IMG/VR virus record: IMGVR_UViG_3300029821_000014
Location: 1 to 37,660 of that record
Strand: one strand, 5' to 3'
From: a virus
Lineage: Duplodnaviria; Caudoviricetes
Length of the DNA stretch: 37,660 nucleotides
Part shown: in pieces, positions 1 through 8,552 of the stretch
How the letters are laid out: every line of letters begins with the position of its first letter
Numbering within the stretch: the first letter of the stretch is position 1
Translations under genes and position numbers: made by a program
The notes under the pieces: model-generated
What the model was told of the DNA's origin: nothing
The model's database searches: none
What the model saw: only the letters and a program-made list of their open reading frames with translations

Positions 1-127
1 AAGTTCTCTCCACGTTTAGCATTGTGACATGATGTACACAGTAGTTGAAGGTTACTTTCATTGACTGAGATGCTATCATCATCAATGTTGTTTAATGATA
101 AAGGTATCTTGTGATGTACTTCATGAC
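1..127 (+). repeat. Terminal direct repeat, copy 1 (circular assembly overlap)
   Basis: Identical to 37534-37660. Confidence 0.95.
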
Positions 128-239
128 CTACATCTCCGCACTCTTCGCATATTCCCATGCGTTGTGCTCTTATATATGCTCGTGCCTTCTTCCATTTGCT
201 TGACTGATAGAATCTTATAATCTTTTCTGGTGTTGGCAA
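1..239 (-). CDS. HNH endonuclease, terminase-associated (5' part; continues across the junction to 37458; 104 aa)
   Basis: Manual translation from TTG at 239 behind an AAGGAGG RBS: MPTPEKIIRFYQSSKWKKARAY...CEECG...EVHHKIPL...NLQLLCTSCHNAKRG. Lies directly upstream of terS. Missing from the ORF track. Confidence 0.9.
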   Translation of the reverse strand, partial: MPTPEKIIRFYQSSKWKKARAYIRAQRMGICEECGDVGHEVHHKIPLSLNNIDDDSISVNESNLQLLCTSCHNAKRGEN

Positions 240-261
240 TATAGTCCTCCTTGCATATGTT

Positions 262-420
262 AAAACAGGTTAACAATTCTTTACTTAATCACTGTTACCC
301 TGCTGCATTCATGATGTTATCTATACTTTGGGATCTAGTTCCATAAAAATTGGGGGATTTTATACAGTACCAGAGCAAGGAGACTGTGGTTTCTAGGTCC
401 CAAAGTATAGATAACACTTT
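262..420 (-). ncRNA. Structured late-leader RNA or sRNA
   Basis: 24-bp inverted repeat 315-338/393-416 with one mismatch encloses two small hairpins. A further hairpin at 265-277/291-303 is followed by a short U run. Promoter immediately upstream. Confidence 0.6.
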
Positions 421-428
421 TCACCCTT

Positions 429-457
429 ATGCTATGGATATCAATATATTAAGTCAA
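429..457 (-). promoter_or_regulatory. Sigma-70-type promoter, putative late promoter
   Basis: TTGACT-N17-TAGCAT, located between the early-operon terminator and the packaging genes. Confidence 0.55.
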
Positions 458-506
458 TACCAAAACTGCATAGAGCGAAAATATGACACCTCCACGTAGT
501 GACAAT

Positions 507-530
507 AAAAAAAGGCGATTTATAACCGCC
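507..530 (-). terminator. Intrinsic terminator ending the early operon
   Basis: GGCGGTT-ATA-AATCGCC followed by T7, right after the PcfJ stop. Confidence 0.8.
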
Positions 531-2066
531 TTAGCTTACTGCCATTTCTGTTCTATTTCTGATATCACTAATGTTATCGTTTATCCAATTACTAAAAAAC
601 TGAGCAACATTTGCAGGATCTAAATTATTTGTACTTCGACATTGAACTACCTTCTCATTTCTAACTTCTACTGTATAGAATGGTTTATCAGGATATTTTT
701 TCTTCCTAATAAATAAAACGGCTGTTTCCTTCTTAGCTATTCTATCTAAATAATCGTACACGCAATGATTCAGAGTTTTCCCTTCAACATACAAGTCATC
801 AGATGATTTTGGAGCAATCAGAATGTAATCCTCATTAATTTCTACATTAAACAGTCTATTTGTCTGCCAAATTAATTCAAGAGTACGCTTCATCTCTTCC
901 TTAGCTTTTCTCATTCTTTCTTGTTGTTCTTGTTTTTCCTTAGCTTGAATAATCTTGCGATTTTTGAACTCTAGTGCTTCATCTGCATATCTTAGGTCCA
1001 TTTGTTCGATTTCTAATTGTGATTGCCAATTAAGTAAACATGACTTATATTCACCATTCGAGTAACTGTATTCCATGACAAGTAAAATGTCTTTAAACTC
1101 CTCAATCAAATCTTCCGGAAAAGTAAATTTATCTTTAGACAAATCTAATCCTATCTTGTAAATGTAACCTAGATACATTTTGTAGACATCTAAGAATACT
1201 TCACCAAACAAGGTTGCTGTTGTCTTTCTCCCCTTAATATACTTGATTAGTTTTCTTCTGTTTATCTCTGGATGATCTACAAGAAATCTAATCCAAAACT
1301 GATAATAGTATGATTCAGATATATCAAGAAACATAAATTCTGGATCTTCAAAACCTTGTTTTTTTAGTTCGATGATTCTTCTATAGTGCCACAGTCCTTT
1401 TCCTCGTAGTTTAAAGAAATCTTGATATTGTTTAAACAGTTTGAAGTCTATGTTTTCATACGATGATGCTAGTTCAGTAGCCAATCTTGTATATCCTGAC
1501 TTTATTAACATTTCAATTTGCCATAGATGTTCTTTTTGAAATCTGTTATTTAATAATGGATAAAAGTTTACATACTTGAGCTTCTCAAAGTCAATATATT
1601 TGAATTCAGGAAGTTCTTTGACAAGTTTTATGTCTTCTTCGCTCGGTTTATAGTCAGTTCTATAAAATGAATTTGAAGGATTTGAGTTTGCATTATATTG
1701 TGTGTAAGAATTTACCCAAATACCAACACTTGTAGACTTCCAAGTTGCAGCATGATAGACATGACATGCTCCGCTTTCAACTTCAAAAAATGCTGCAACC
1801 CAAGAGTTTTTCATCATTAAATACTTTTTCTCTAGAATAGTGACATATTTTATTAAATACAATTGAGTTCTTTCCATCGTTGGCATGAGTAGATTAATTG
1901 CTTGCATCATATCTTTGGTTGACTCAAAGTTCTCTTTATAGTCTTTTCTGTGCTTATATAAAAGCTTCGGATTTGTTTTATAGAAATCTCTTAGATTTTC
2001 TAACTGATCTTTATTCAAACCAAAGAATGACTCTTCAAATGTTATAACCTCTTTTTTCATAATCAT
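531..2066 (-). CDS. PcfJ-like domain protein
   Basis: C-terminal APKSSDDLYVEGKTLNHCV...LFIRK...PFYTVEV...VVQCRS matches the PcfJ signature. Coupled to a PcfK-like gene. Confidence 0.85.
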   Translation of the reverse strand: MIMKKEVITFEESFFGLNKDQLENLRDFYKTNPKLLYKHRKDYKENFESTKDMMQAINLLMPTMERTQLYLIKYVTILEKKYLMMKNSWVAAFFEVESGACHVYHAATWKSTSVGIWVNSYTQYNANSNPSNSFYRTDYKPSEEDIKLVKELPEFKYIDFEKLKYVNFYPLLNNRFQKEHLWQIEMLIKSGYTRLATELASSYENIDFKLFKQYQDFFKLRGKGLWHYRRIIELKKQGFEDPEFMFLDISESYYYQFWIRFLVDHPEINRRKLIKYIKGRKTTATLFGEVFLDVYKMYLGYIYKIGLDLSKDKFTFPEDLIEEFKDILLVMEYSYSNGEYKSCLLNWQSQLEIEQMDLRYADEALEFKNRKIIQAKEKQEQQERMRKAKEEMKRTLELIWQTNRLFNVEINEDYILIAPKSSDDLYVEGKTLNHCVYDYLDRIAKKETAVLFIRKKKYPDKPFYTVEVRNEKVVQCRSTNNLDPANVAQFFSNWINDNISDIRNRTEMAVS

Positions 2067-2542
2067 TCATCTTCTTCATTATAGTCATCATCATCAGATT
2101 CATTACTATCATTTTCCATGAAATCAAAAATTGATATACGTTCAAATGATGCTTTATTTTCATCTTCAGGTTTCTTGATGTTCTTTTCTTTTTTAATTTG
2201 AACTTTTTTACTTGCAATAGTTGTAGTTTCATAGGTTGTTTTGCTAGTTTTTATTTTACCTACTTCACTTTCTATCGTTTCATTAGATTCAATAAAATAA
2301 TGAATTGCCCAACCAAAAACTACATTAGGCATAACATGTCCTGATTTACTCCCTAGGTGTTGTTTAGCTTTTTCCATGATGTAAGCCCAACAATTCTCAT
2401 AGCTTTTTTCAGGACTATTTAAGGAGTCTCTTAGCTGTTTATCAAAAACGGATGACTCCTCACAATAAATTTTGATAGCTGATAGTTGATCTTCTGCCAT
2501 CATTGCTTTTAGTAAAATTTCATTATTTCTCTGTTCGTTCAT
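2063..2542 (-). CDS. PcfK-like protein (family that includes AcrIIA9)
   Basis: KSYENCWAYIMEKAK...VFGWAIHYF motif and a C-terminal ISIFDF. Directly upstream of PcfJ. Confidence 0.8.
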   Translation of the reverse strand: MNEQRNNEILLKAMMAEDQLSAIKIYCEESSVFDKQLRDSLNSPEKSYENCWAYIMEKAKQHLGSKSGHVMPNVVFGWAIHYFIESNETIESEVGKIKTSKTTYETTTIASKKVQIKKEKNIKKPEDENKASFERISIFDFMENDSNESDDDDYNEEDE

Positions 2543-2858
2543 TGTTTTCCTCGCTCTGGATACCTCTGATGGGTAAGTTATAGTCTTTCATTGTTTTTCG
2601 CACAGTCTTGTACGATACTTTATACTTGCTTGCAATTGCTGAAATAGACCATTTTTTCTTATTGTATAATTCAATCAATTTTTCTTTAGAGACAAGTCTT
2701 TTAAATGGATTATTAACAACAGCATTCATTTTTTTTAATCTTCGATAAATAGTATCTTGTGACACGTAGTTTAGAGCTGCAATTTTTTTGATTGTAATAC
2801 CGTTTTGATATTGATAGAGAATTGTCTTATCGTGTAAATCTATTCTTTTAGCAGCCAT
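2523..2858 (-). CDS. Tandem helix-turn-helix protein
   Basis: Two HTH-like repeats: TIKKIAALNYVSQDTIYRRL and SISAIASKYKVSYKTVRKTM. Confidence 0.7.
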   Translation of the reverse strand: MAAKRIDLHDKTILYQYQNGITIKKIAALNYVSQDTIYRRLKKMNAVVNNPFKRLVSKEKLIELYNKKKWSISAIASKYKVSYKTVRKTMKDYNLPIRGIQSEENNERTEK

Positions 2859-2866
2859 ATCATCAC

Positions 2867-3676
2867 CTATGCAGAATCATCGATTTTGACAACTTCAGCT
2901 AGTTCAAGGATCCTCGTGGTAAGTCTTCTTGTATCCACTGAATCACCATATAGACTCGTTAACTCCTCGATTGAATAATTGCTAGTAAATATCGTGAGTT
3001 TCTTAAAAGCAAGTCTATGCTGCAGTAATGGCATTAAAACTTCACTTCTAAACCAGGATGATTTATGTTCAGCTCCAATATCATCAATTACAAGAAATTC
3101 TCCATCATTGATATATCTAATTCGCTGCTCTATCTCATTGAATTCCTTTGCTTGTCTTGCAAGACTTGGTGTGAATAAGAAACTCCCATGCAACCCTTTG
3201 TCAACCAAGGCATTTACGATCGCATTAGCCAGATAAGTTTTACCAATTTGAAAATCATTAGAGTGGATATAAATTCCATAACCTAACTCTCCATCAATAA
3301 TTGCTTTAGCTAACTTGTAAGCATTCTTTCTCAAAGGAGTGTTTTTTCTGAATTTATCTATTGATGCTTCAATATCTCTACTGTCTTCACCAAAGCAGTT
3401 CACATATTTGGTGCGCTTGTTTTTTTGAATTGTTGCTTTGGTTGGCACATAGGTTATCTCTAAATAAGGATCCTTTTTAAGTTGTGGTAAGCATCCATCT
3501 TTTTCAATGCCTTTTAACTGAAGGTATAAATGAGCTGTTGAAAGATTATGAATTATGGATACATCTATGTCTCTAGTTTCAGGGTCTTCAAGAATTGCTT
3601 GTTTCATCTTTTCCAGACTGTCTGTCTCTTCTAGGGATGTATTGATTTTTTTCAGTTGGTTTTGAATCTTTTCCAT
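2867..3676 (-). CDS. DnaC/DnaI-like helicase loader ATPase
   Basis: GKTYLANAI Walker A, LVIDDIGAE Walker B, TIFTSNYS and RLTTRI motifs. Follows the replication initiator. Confidence 0.85.
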   Translation of the reverse strand: MEKIQNQLKKINTSLEETDSLEKMKQAILEDPETRDIDVSIIHNLSTAHLYLQLKGIEKDGCLPQLKKDPYLEITYVPTKATIQKNKRTKYVNCFGEDSRDIEASIDKFRKNTPLRKNAYKLAKAIIDGELGYGIYIHSNDFQIGKTYLANAIVNALVDKGLHGSFLFTPSLARQAKEFNEIEQRIRYINDGEFLVIDDIGAEHKSSWFRSEVLMPLLQHRLAFKKLTIFTSNYSIEELTSLYGDSVDTRRLTTRILELAEVVKIDDSA

Positions 3677-4346
3677 TTCCTGTCTCCTTTCGATTCCAAT
3701 TTAAGATAGTTAAGTAGTGTGATGAATATGATTTTCCAGTAGAACCCATGTACATTGATAAGTTTTCAATGAGATCTTCAAAGTTAGTAAATTTCTCTTT
3801 TAATTTTTGAAGTTCTTCATCTGTTAATAAAACGTTTTTTTGAGATCCATGTTTATGTTTGGAGATAGTGGGCGGATTTTTCTTTTTTATACTTTTTTCT
3901 TTACTATCCTCTACTAAACTAACCTTACCTAACCTAACCTGTGTATCCAAACTGTATACATTAGTGTTTTTTTCATCATCAGAGAACAAATCAATGTGTT
4001 CAGATCGTAATGTATACACCTTGTTTTCTTTATAATCTAAAAGTAGTTTTTCATCATTATAAACAGTCGGTTTAAAACGATCCTTTTGAATGTAGTTGTG
4101 AACATACCAGTGTTTGATAACTACTATTCCGCTTGGAAAATCTATGATGAATCTCTTGATTAAAAGCAAATCCATGTCATTTTTGTTTGCCCCAACAATC
4201 TTCATTATCTTTGATGGATTATTAAGAAATCCTTCATCATCAGCTCTCATGGCAAGATGAAAGTATAAAGCTTGAGCTGATACAGGCATATCCAGGAACA
4301 TGTCACTATCAATTATTTGTTTTGAAAACATTCGTCTTTCAGCCAT
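3588..4346 (-). CDS. Phage replisome organiser / replication initiator
   Basis: N-terminal MAERRMFSKQIIDSDMFLDMP...QALYFHL...ADDEGF. Short ACCTAA repeats at 3915-3940 may mark the origin. Confidence 0.85.
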   Translation of the reverse strand: MAERRMFSKQIIDSDMFLDMPVSAQALYFHLAMRADDEGFLNNPSKIMKIVGANKNDMDLLLIKRFIIDFPSGIVVIKHWYVHNYIQKDRFKPTVYNDEKLLLDYKENKVYTLRSEHIDLFSDDEKNTNVYSLDTQVRLGKVSLVEDSKEKSIKKKNPPTISKHKHGSQKNVLLTDEELQKLKEKFTNFEDLIENLSMYMGSTGKSYSSHYLTILNWNRKETGNGKDSKPTEKNQYIPRRDRQSGKDETSNS

Positions 4347-4716
4347 TTTGTGTCACTCTCTTATTCCCAAAATCGTCTAAGTGTTGATGGTATGCAATTT
4401 TGTCATCATCAATCCAACTGTCACTTAACATTTCAACTTTGTTTTTCTTTATAAAGTAATGTTCTTGATGGTAGTCATTTGTTGTCAAAATGCTTCCAAT
4501 TGCGGTCATTTTATCGTTTTCATCAAACGTGATATTCCAAGTCTTAATAGTGATTCTAACCAATCTATTATTTGATGAAGGTTGTTTGAACCAGACATTG
4601 TCTCCATCAACAATAATTGCATTTTCTCTAAAGATCTTGTTGATAATTTCACCTTCAAATTTAGCTCTAATTACTTGTCCATATTCTTGGACCAATACAG
4701 GTAATTCCACTCTCAT
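4339..4716 (-). CDS. Hypothetical protein
   Basis: ORF with GAGG RBS that overlaps the start of the initiator gene. Confidence 0.6.
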   Translation of the reverse strand: MRVELPVLVQEYGQVIRAKFEGEIINKIFRENAIIVDGDNVWFKQPSSNNRLVRITIKTWNITFDENDKMTAIGSILTTNDYHQEHYFIKKNKVEMLSDSWIDDDKIAYHQHLDDFGNKRVTQNG

Positions 4717-4740
4717 TTGCTTACCTCTTTTCGTGTGTAG

Positions 4741-4885
4741 AAAATCTTACATAACCGCTAGAACTGTAAAATTTTCTATTTTTTTATTTAATGCTTACTT
4801 TTTAGCCTTATTGACTTATCAAGTGCGGTTATTCAAATCAAATATTTTTAAAATAATTTACCGTAATGCTAAATCCCGTTAAATT
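4741..4885. other. Bipartite res-like recombination site, copy A
   Basis: Two imperfect 11-7-11 palindromes starting at 4744 and 4856. Homologous to 8553-8697. Confidence 0.65.
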
Positions 4886-5498
4886 ACTCTTTTTTTGGTT
4901 CTAAAAGATACATAATTTGCTTGATGGATTCACCACGTTGATACACTGCATAAATTCTAACTTTATCACCAGGACGAACAGCTGTATCTTCTGCTTCAGA
5001 ACTTAATCCAAGAGCTGCAGCATGACCAGCAATATAACCTTCACAAATCTCTTCAGATGTGATTTCATCAGCTAGATAATCTGAAGTTCCATCAATTGGT
5101 TCTATTGAATTCTCAGGTGTTACAATTGCTTCACATGAAAAGATACCATAGACACAAGCACTGCATAAATCATCCGTAACCCAGTAGCAACCACCGGCAC
5201 AAGCATGGTCCTGAGTGCATTCACAAACCTTACAGAAACGAGGATCCTTATCAAAGAGTGATTCTTCTTTTTCAAGCTCTCCTTCTTTGATAACCTCAAA
5301 TACTTTTTGAGAGTATGGTTCTTTATGATTCACAACATAGTAAGCTTGTCTAATTTCCTTACCTAGTTTAAAGCGTTCATCTTCAATCTTTTGCATGATG
5401 TTAGCAAGCTGCACTGCTTCATCAGAAGTGATCAGCGTTAATACATCTTCTCTTTTAATAACAATGTGAGTATTAGTTTTTACTTTAAATTCCTTCAT
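4884..5498 (-). CDS. Hypothetical protein with Cys-rich motif
   Basis: CKVCECTQDHACAGGCYWVTDDLCSAC, probably metal-binding. Confidence 0.65.
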   Translation of the reverse strand: MKEFKVKTNTHIVIKREDVLTLITSDEAVQLANIMQKIEDERFKLGKEIRQAYYVVNHKEPYSQKVFEVIKEGELEKEESLFDKDPRFCKVCECTQDHACAGGCYWVTDDLCSACVYGIFSCEAIVTPENSIEPIDGTSDYLADEITSEEICEGYIAGHAAALGLSSEAEDTAVRPGDKVRIYAVYQRGESIKQIMYLLEPKKE

Positions 5499-5707
5499 AT
5501 TTGTTTCTCCAATTCTTTTTTGGTTAGTTTTTTATTACATGTTAGACAATATGCAGTTTTTTCTTCTACACCATACATTATTCCTTCATGTGAATCCCTT
5601 TGATCTTCTGCATACTTGCCGTCACCATCATAAACGTTGAATATTTTTCCTTTAACTTCCTGGTACTTATAATATCCTTCAGTGTTTCCGCAATTTGAAC
5701 ATTCCAT
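5495..5707 (-). CDS. Small zinc-ribbon protein
   Basis: CSNC...CLTC. Confidence 0.6.
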   Translation of the reverse strand: MECSNCGNTEGYYKYQEVKGKIFNVYDGDGKYAEDQRDSHEGIMYGVEEKTAYCLTCNKKLTKKELEKQI

Positions 5708-6418
5708 TTAGATCACCTCGAAAAGTTTTGCTGCTTGCTTAAGCAACTCTATAGCATCATTGTGCTTTTTGTTATCTAAGCTTATGTAGTCAAATACATT
5801 AAATATTGATACATTGAAACCGAATTTTTCTTTGAACTCTTTTTGGAAGTTTTCCCAGTCTTCTTTTGTATAGGTTTTAACTCGATTAAGTTCACGTTCA
5901 AGACTTTTTATCTTGTCTGATATTTTGGTTCCGTATTCTTTAGATTCCACTTTAGCTTTAATATCATCCAAGTATTCTTGTCTAGTTGGTGGCCGTTTGT
6001 ATTCATTCATTTTGTAGAAGATACAGTGGAGTAACATATCAGGATTAATATCGATATTTCTATAAACAGCTTTTTTAATTTGTCTTAGATTTCCATTACT
6101 GTATTCAAGAATCCCTACAGTTTCAGGTACTTCATCCTTTTGTATTAATCCTTTTGGAACAACGAAATAAAATAGGTGTCAAGTAGACATGTAATGAGGA
6201 TATTTCTGATCGTTTTGGAAATCCCAATTTGATACCTTAATTTCATAACCAATGATTTGTCTAGGACTCCAAGTGACAGGAATTGCTACAGCATCAAGAA
6301 TCTTATTTCCAAAGGATCCCATTTTGACCTGACTAGCAAAGAAGTCTCCCCTAGTTTTATGTCTTTGCTTTAAAGCATTAGTAATATTACCTTCTGTTAC
6401 TCTTTCCGAAGTTGTCAT
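5708..6418 (-). pseudogene. MmcB-like PD-(D/E)xK nuclease interrupted by an in-frame TGA at 6179-6181
   Basis: The track ORFs 6179..6418 and 5708..6037 are one frame: LDAVAI...GYEIKVSNWDFQNDQKYPHYMST*HLFYFVVPKGLIQKDEVPETVGILEY (236 codons). Confidence 0.75.
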
Positions 6419-6741
6419 AGCTTCTTACCACCATGTCTAAAAGGTCTAGATATGTTGTACTTATGCTTGTTCTCAATAATAGACTCCATGTCGACATTCT
6501 CTGAACCAGCCCAATCTAATATACGAATAATCACATCAGCAAGTTCAACTGCTTTTCCTTCAGGTTTACCATCGACTATGTAATAATTAGGTTTGCCATT
6601 TCTATGTTCTTCGAAAGCTTCAGATACTTCAGAATGTATTAATGCAGTAATATCTCCAAAGGATCTCTTTTCATCCCACCATCCATGAGATATTGCATTC
6701 TCATGAATGTCTCTAATTAAACTTGTTATTGATTTTCCCAT
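6415..6741 (-). CDS. MazG-like nucleotide pyrophosphohydrolase
   Basis: ALIHSEVSEAFEE...ELADVIIRILD motifs. Confidence 0.8.
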   Translation of the reverse strand: MGKSITSLIRDIHENAISHGWWDEKRSFGDITALIHSEVSEAFEEHRNGKPNYYIVDGKPEGKAVELADVIIRILDWAGSENVDMESIIENKHKYNISRPFRHGGKKL

Positions 6742-7115
6742 AAATGCACCTCATGTAACTGATCTATAAATTCTTGCCTTTTTTCATAAGTGATTCCGAG
6801 TAGAAAATTTGCAACCTTCAATCCGCATTCAACATCGTATTCTGATAGATCATTTTCGTTCTCTTCAATCCATAGAATCATTTGGTGTATATTATGATCT
6901 TCATAGTCTCCTTCTTCAAAAGCATTATGTAAGCCACATTGCATCGATGAGGTGTAACAGTAGTTTGCTGTTGCGAATGCATCGCTATAAATCAATTTGT
7001 TATATTCTTTTTGATGTGCTGCTTCATTCATTATGACTAATAAAGAAATGACAAGCATTGCTACAAACATCATCAGATATAGGATTAACTTCATAGCATT
7101 CTCACTGATTTTCAT
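6726..7115 (-). CDS. Hypothetical membrane-anchored protein
   Basis: N-terminal hydrophobic helix; overlaps neighbouring genes. Confidence 0.6.
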   Translation of the reverse strand: MKISENAMKLILYLMMFVAMLVISLLVIMNEAAHQKEYNKLIYSDAFATANYCYTSSMQCGLHNAFEEGDYEDHNIHQMILWIEENENDLSEYDVECGLKVANFLLGITYEKRQEFIDQLHEVHLWENQ

Positions 7116-8062
7116 ATTATTACCTCATCTGAAATACTTATGTCATTAAAGTTTGCTTCTTGTAGAATCTTTATGAGTTTCTCTACTTGTGGACTTCTCC
7201 ATGCGGTCATTGCATATGTATGAACTGTGTCATTGTAATGGTAATGATTCCGTTTGATATGCTCTTGGCATTCACGCTTTGTTAAAAACATTGTGTCTTG
7301 CTTGATAACATGAACTTTTTGTACAGGTACTTGATAGTATTCTTCTCTGACATACTTTGGTAGGTCATCATAGTCATTGATTGAATCTAAATGAAAATCC
7401 TCTTGGTCTTCAAATTCTTCCAAGCCTTCTTGATTGAAGTGTCCGTTTGAATTAAGGTAATCACTTTTTTTCAAGCGTTCTTTCAAAGCTTCAAAAGATT
7501 CATATGTAGTTTCACCATGACAGTAATAGTGGTCTTGAGCGTTTTCTTCCCAACAGTCATGCCATTCGTATTGAGCTACTACCCAGAAGCGTGGGTCTGC
7601 TTGACCAACTGTATCTTGAGTTTTAAGTTCTTCCTGAAGTGCTTTTAAGAACTCAATTTGCTCTCTAGTAAGTCCAGTTCTCTTTTTGTGTGTATTTGGA
7701 ATGACAGCAACATATCTTGCATATCTAAAGCCCTCTGAGTTCACTAACAATGAGTAGTCGCTTTCCTTGCAGAAAACTTCAATGCAATTTTCTACGAGAT
7801 CTCCATCCCTAAACATTATGTTCAACTTGTTGAAGTCTTCGATGAATGGTTGATCTTCAAGTAGATTTATTTTAAAACTACTAAACTGTTCTTCACTCAT
7901 TTCATATTCAGCTTTGATGTTGTATTGAGAACTGTCTTCATGGTGTTTAAAGGGGAAGAAACCAAGTTGAGAAACATGACCTGGCTTTCTATAAAATATA
8001 GCTCTGTTCATTCCTTTCTTGATTGGTTTATCTAATGGGTATTGTGGTTCTCTTGTTTCCAT
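7112..8062 (-). CDS. Two-domain hypothetical phage protein (DUF6329-like N-terminus)
   Basis: LLVNSEGFRYARY motif in the N-terminal half. TQDTVGQADPRFWVV...NHYHY...HTYAMTAWRSP in the C-terminal half. Confidence 0.6.
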   Translation of the reverse strand: METREPQYPLDKPIKKGMNRAIFYRKPGHVSQLGFFPFKHHEDSSQYNIKAEYEMSEEQFSSFKINLLEDQPFIEDFNKLNIMFRDGDLVENCIEVFCKESDYSLLVNSEGFRYARYVAVIPNTHKKRTGLTREQIEFLKALQEELKTQDTVGQADPRFWVVAQYEWHDCWEENAQDHYYCHGETTYESFEALKERLKKSDYLNSNGHFNQEGLEEFEDQEDFHLDSINDYDDLPKYVREEYYQVPVQKVHVIKQDTMFLTKRECQEHIKRNHYHYNDTVHTYAMTAWRSPQVEKLIKILQEANFNDISISDEVII

Positions 8063-8086
8063 TTTTTAAATCTCCTTCGCTCTGGA

Positions 8087-8114
8087 TTGATTTTTTATTT
8101 TTTTAATATATAAT
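8087..8114 (+). promoter_or_regulatory. Sigma-70-type promoter, antisense to the early operon
   Basis: TTGATT-N16-TATAAT. Confidence 0.55.
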
Positions 8115-8120
8115 AAAACT

Positions 8121-8229
8121 GTTAATAAGTTTGGAAGTTCTACCGTGCATGGGTAGTTCTACGAGCTTGTTAACTTAAACATGTCATTGGTCTTTAGCAA
8201 CTTGAGCTATTTAGTCCATGATTTTTTTT
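8121..8229 (+). ncRNA. Putative sRNA of about 110 nt
   Basis: Stem 8121-8133/8162-8174 with three G-U pairs that form only on the + strand. Inner CTACC/GGTAG stem, then a second imperfect hairpin and T8. Confidence 0.5.
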
Positions 8230-8524
8230 ATTTATTAATCTGTTGTGTAAACTTGCCATTAATAGGATGAATCAGTCCACAATCATTACATTTGACTTCA
8301 ATTGCTTGGTTAGGAATATTACTTCCATTATTAACACATACTAACCATTCAGGTTTTGAATTATATGCCAAATCATCACTTCCACAATATGGGCAAACTG
8401 GATCAGCATCAACTTTAACTTCTACAATTTTTTCAACTTCTACTTCAACAACCTTGCTACCTAGAGATACTAATTCTTTGTAATCTTCAAACTTATCAAT
8501 AGTTATTTCTGCTTTAAATCCCAT
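8228..8524 (-). CDS. Zinc-ribbon hypothetical protein
   Basis: CPYC...CNDC; AAGGAG RBS. Confidence 0.65.
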   Translation of the reverse strand: MGFKAEITIDKFEDYKELVSLGSKVVEVEVEKIVEVKVDADPVCPYCGSDDLAYNSKPEWLVCVNNGSNIPNQAIEVKCNDCGLIHPINGKFTQQINK

Positions 8525-8552
8525 GAGTTATTCTCCTTTCTTTGTAGTTTAA

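Noticed and set aside
1-127. Biological direct terminal repeat
   Set aside because: 127 bp is a common assembler k-mer length and the repeat falls mid-gene, so it is best explained as circular overlap.
3230-3275. Inactive helicase loader suggested by the atypical Walker A (SNDFQIGKT)
   Set aside because: GKT, Walker B and sensor motifs are retained, so there is too little evidence for loss of function.
4490-4882. 130-aa plus-strand ORF and the other short ORFs antisense to or nested in phage genes (for example 2979, 21395, 27550, 36602)
   Set aside because: They are shadows of well-supported genes or run over the res-like site, with no RBS or motifs noted.
6179-6181. Genome-wide TGA recoding (code 4 or 25)
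   Set aside because: Many genes end in TGA with ATGA overlaps and long genes are intact under code 11; only one in-frame TGA was seen.
8135-8162. Cas12a-like CRISPR repeat or array
   Set aside because: Only the short TTCTAC...GTAG core resembles it; there is no repeat-spacer periodicity and no cas gene.
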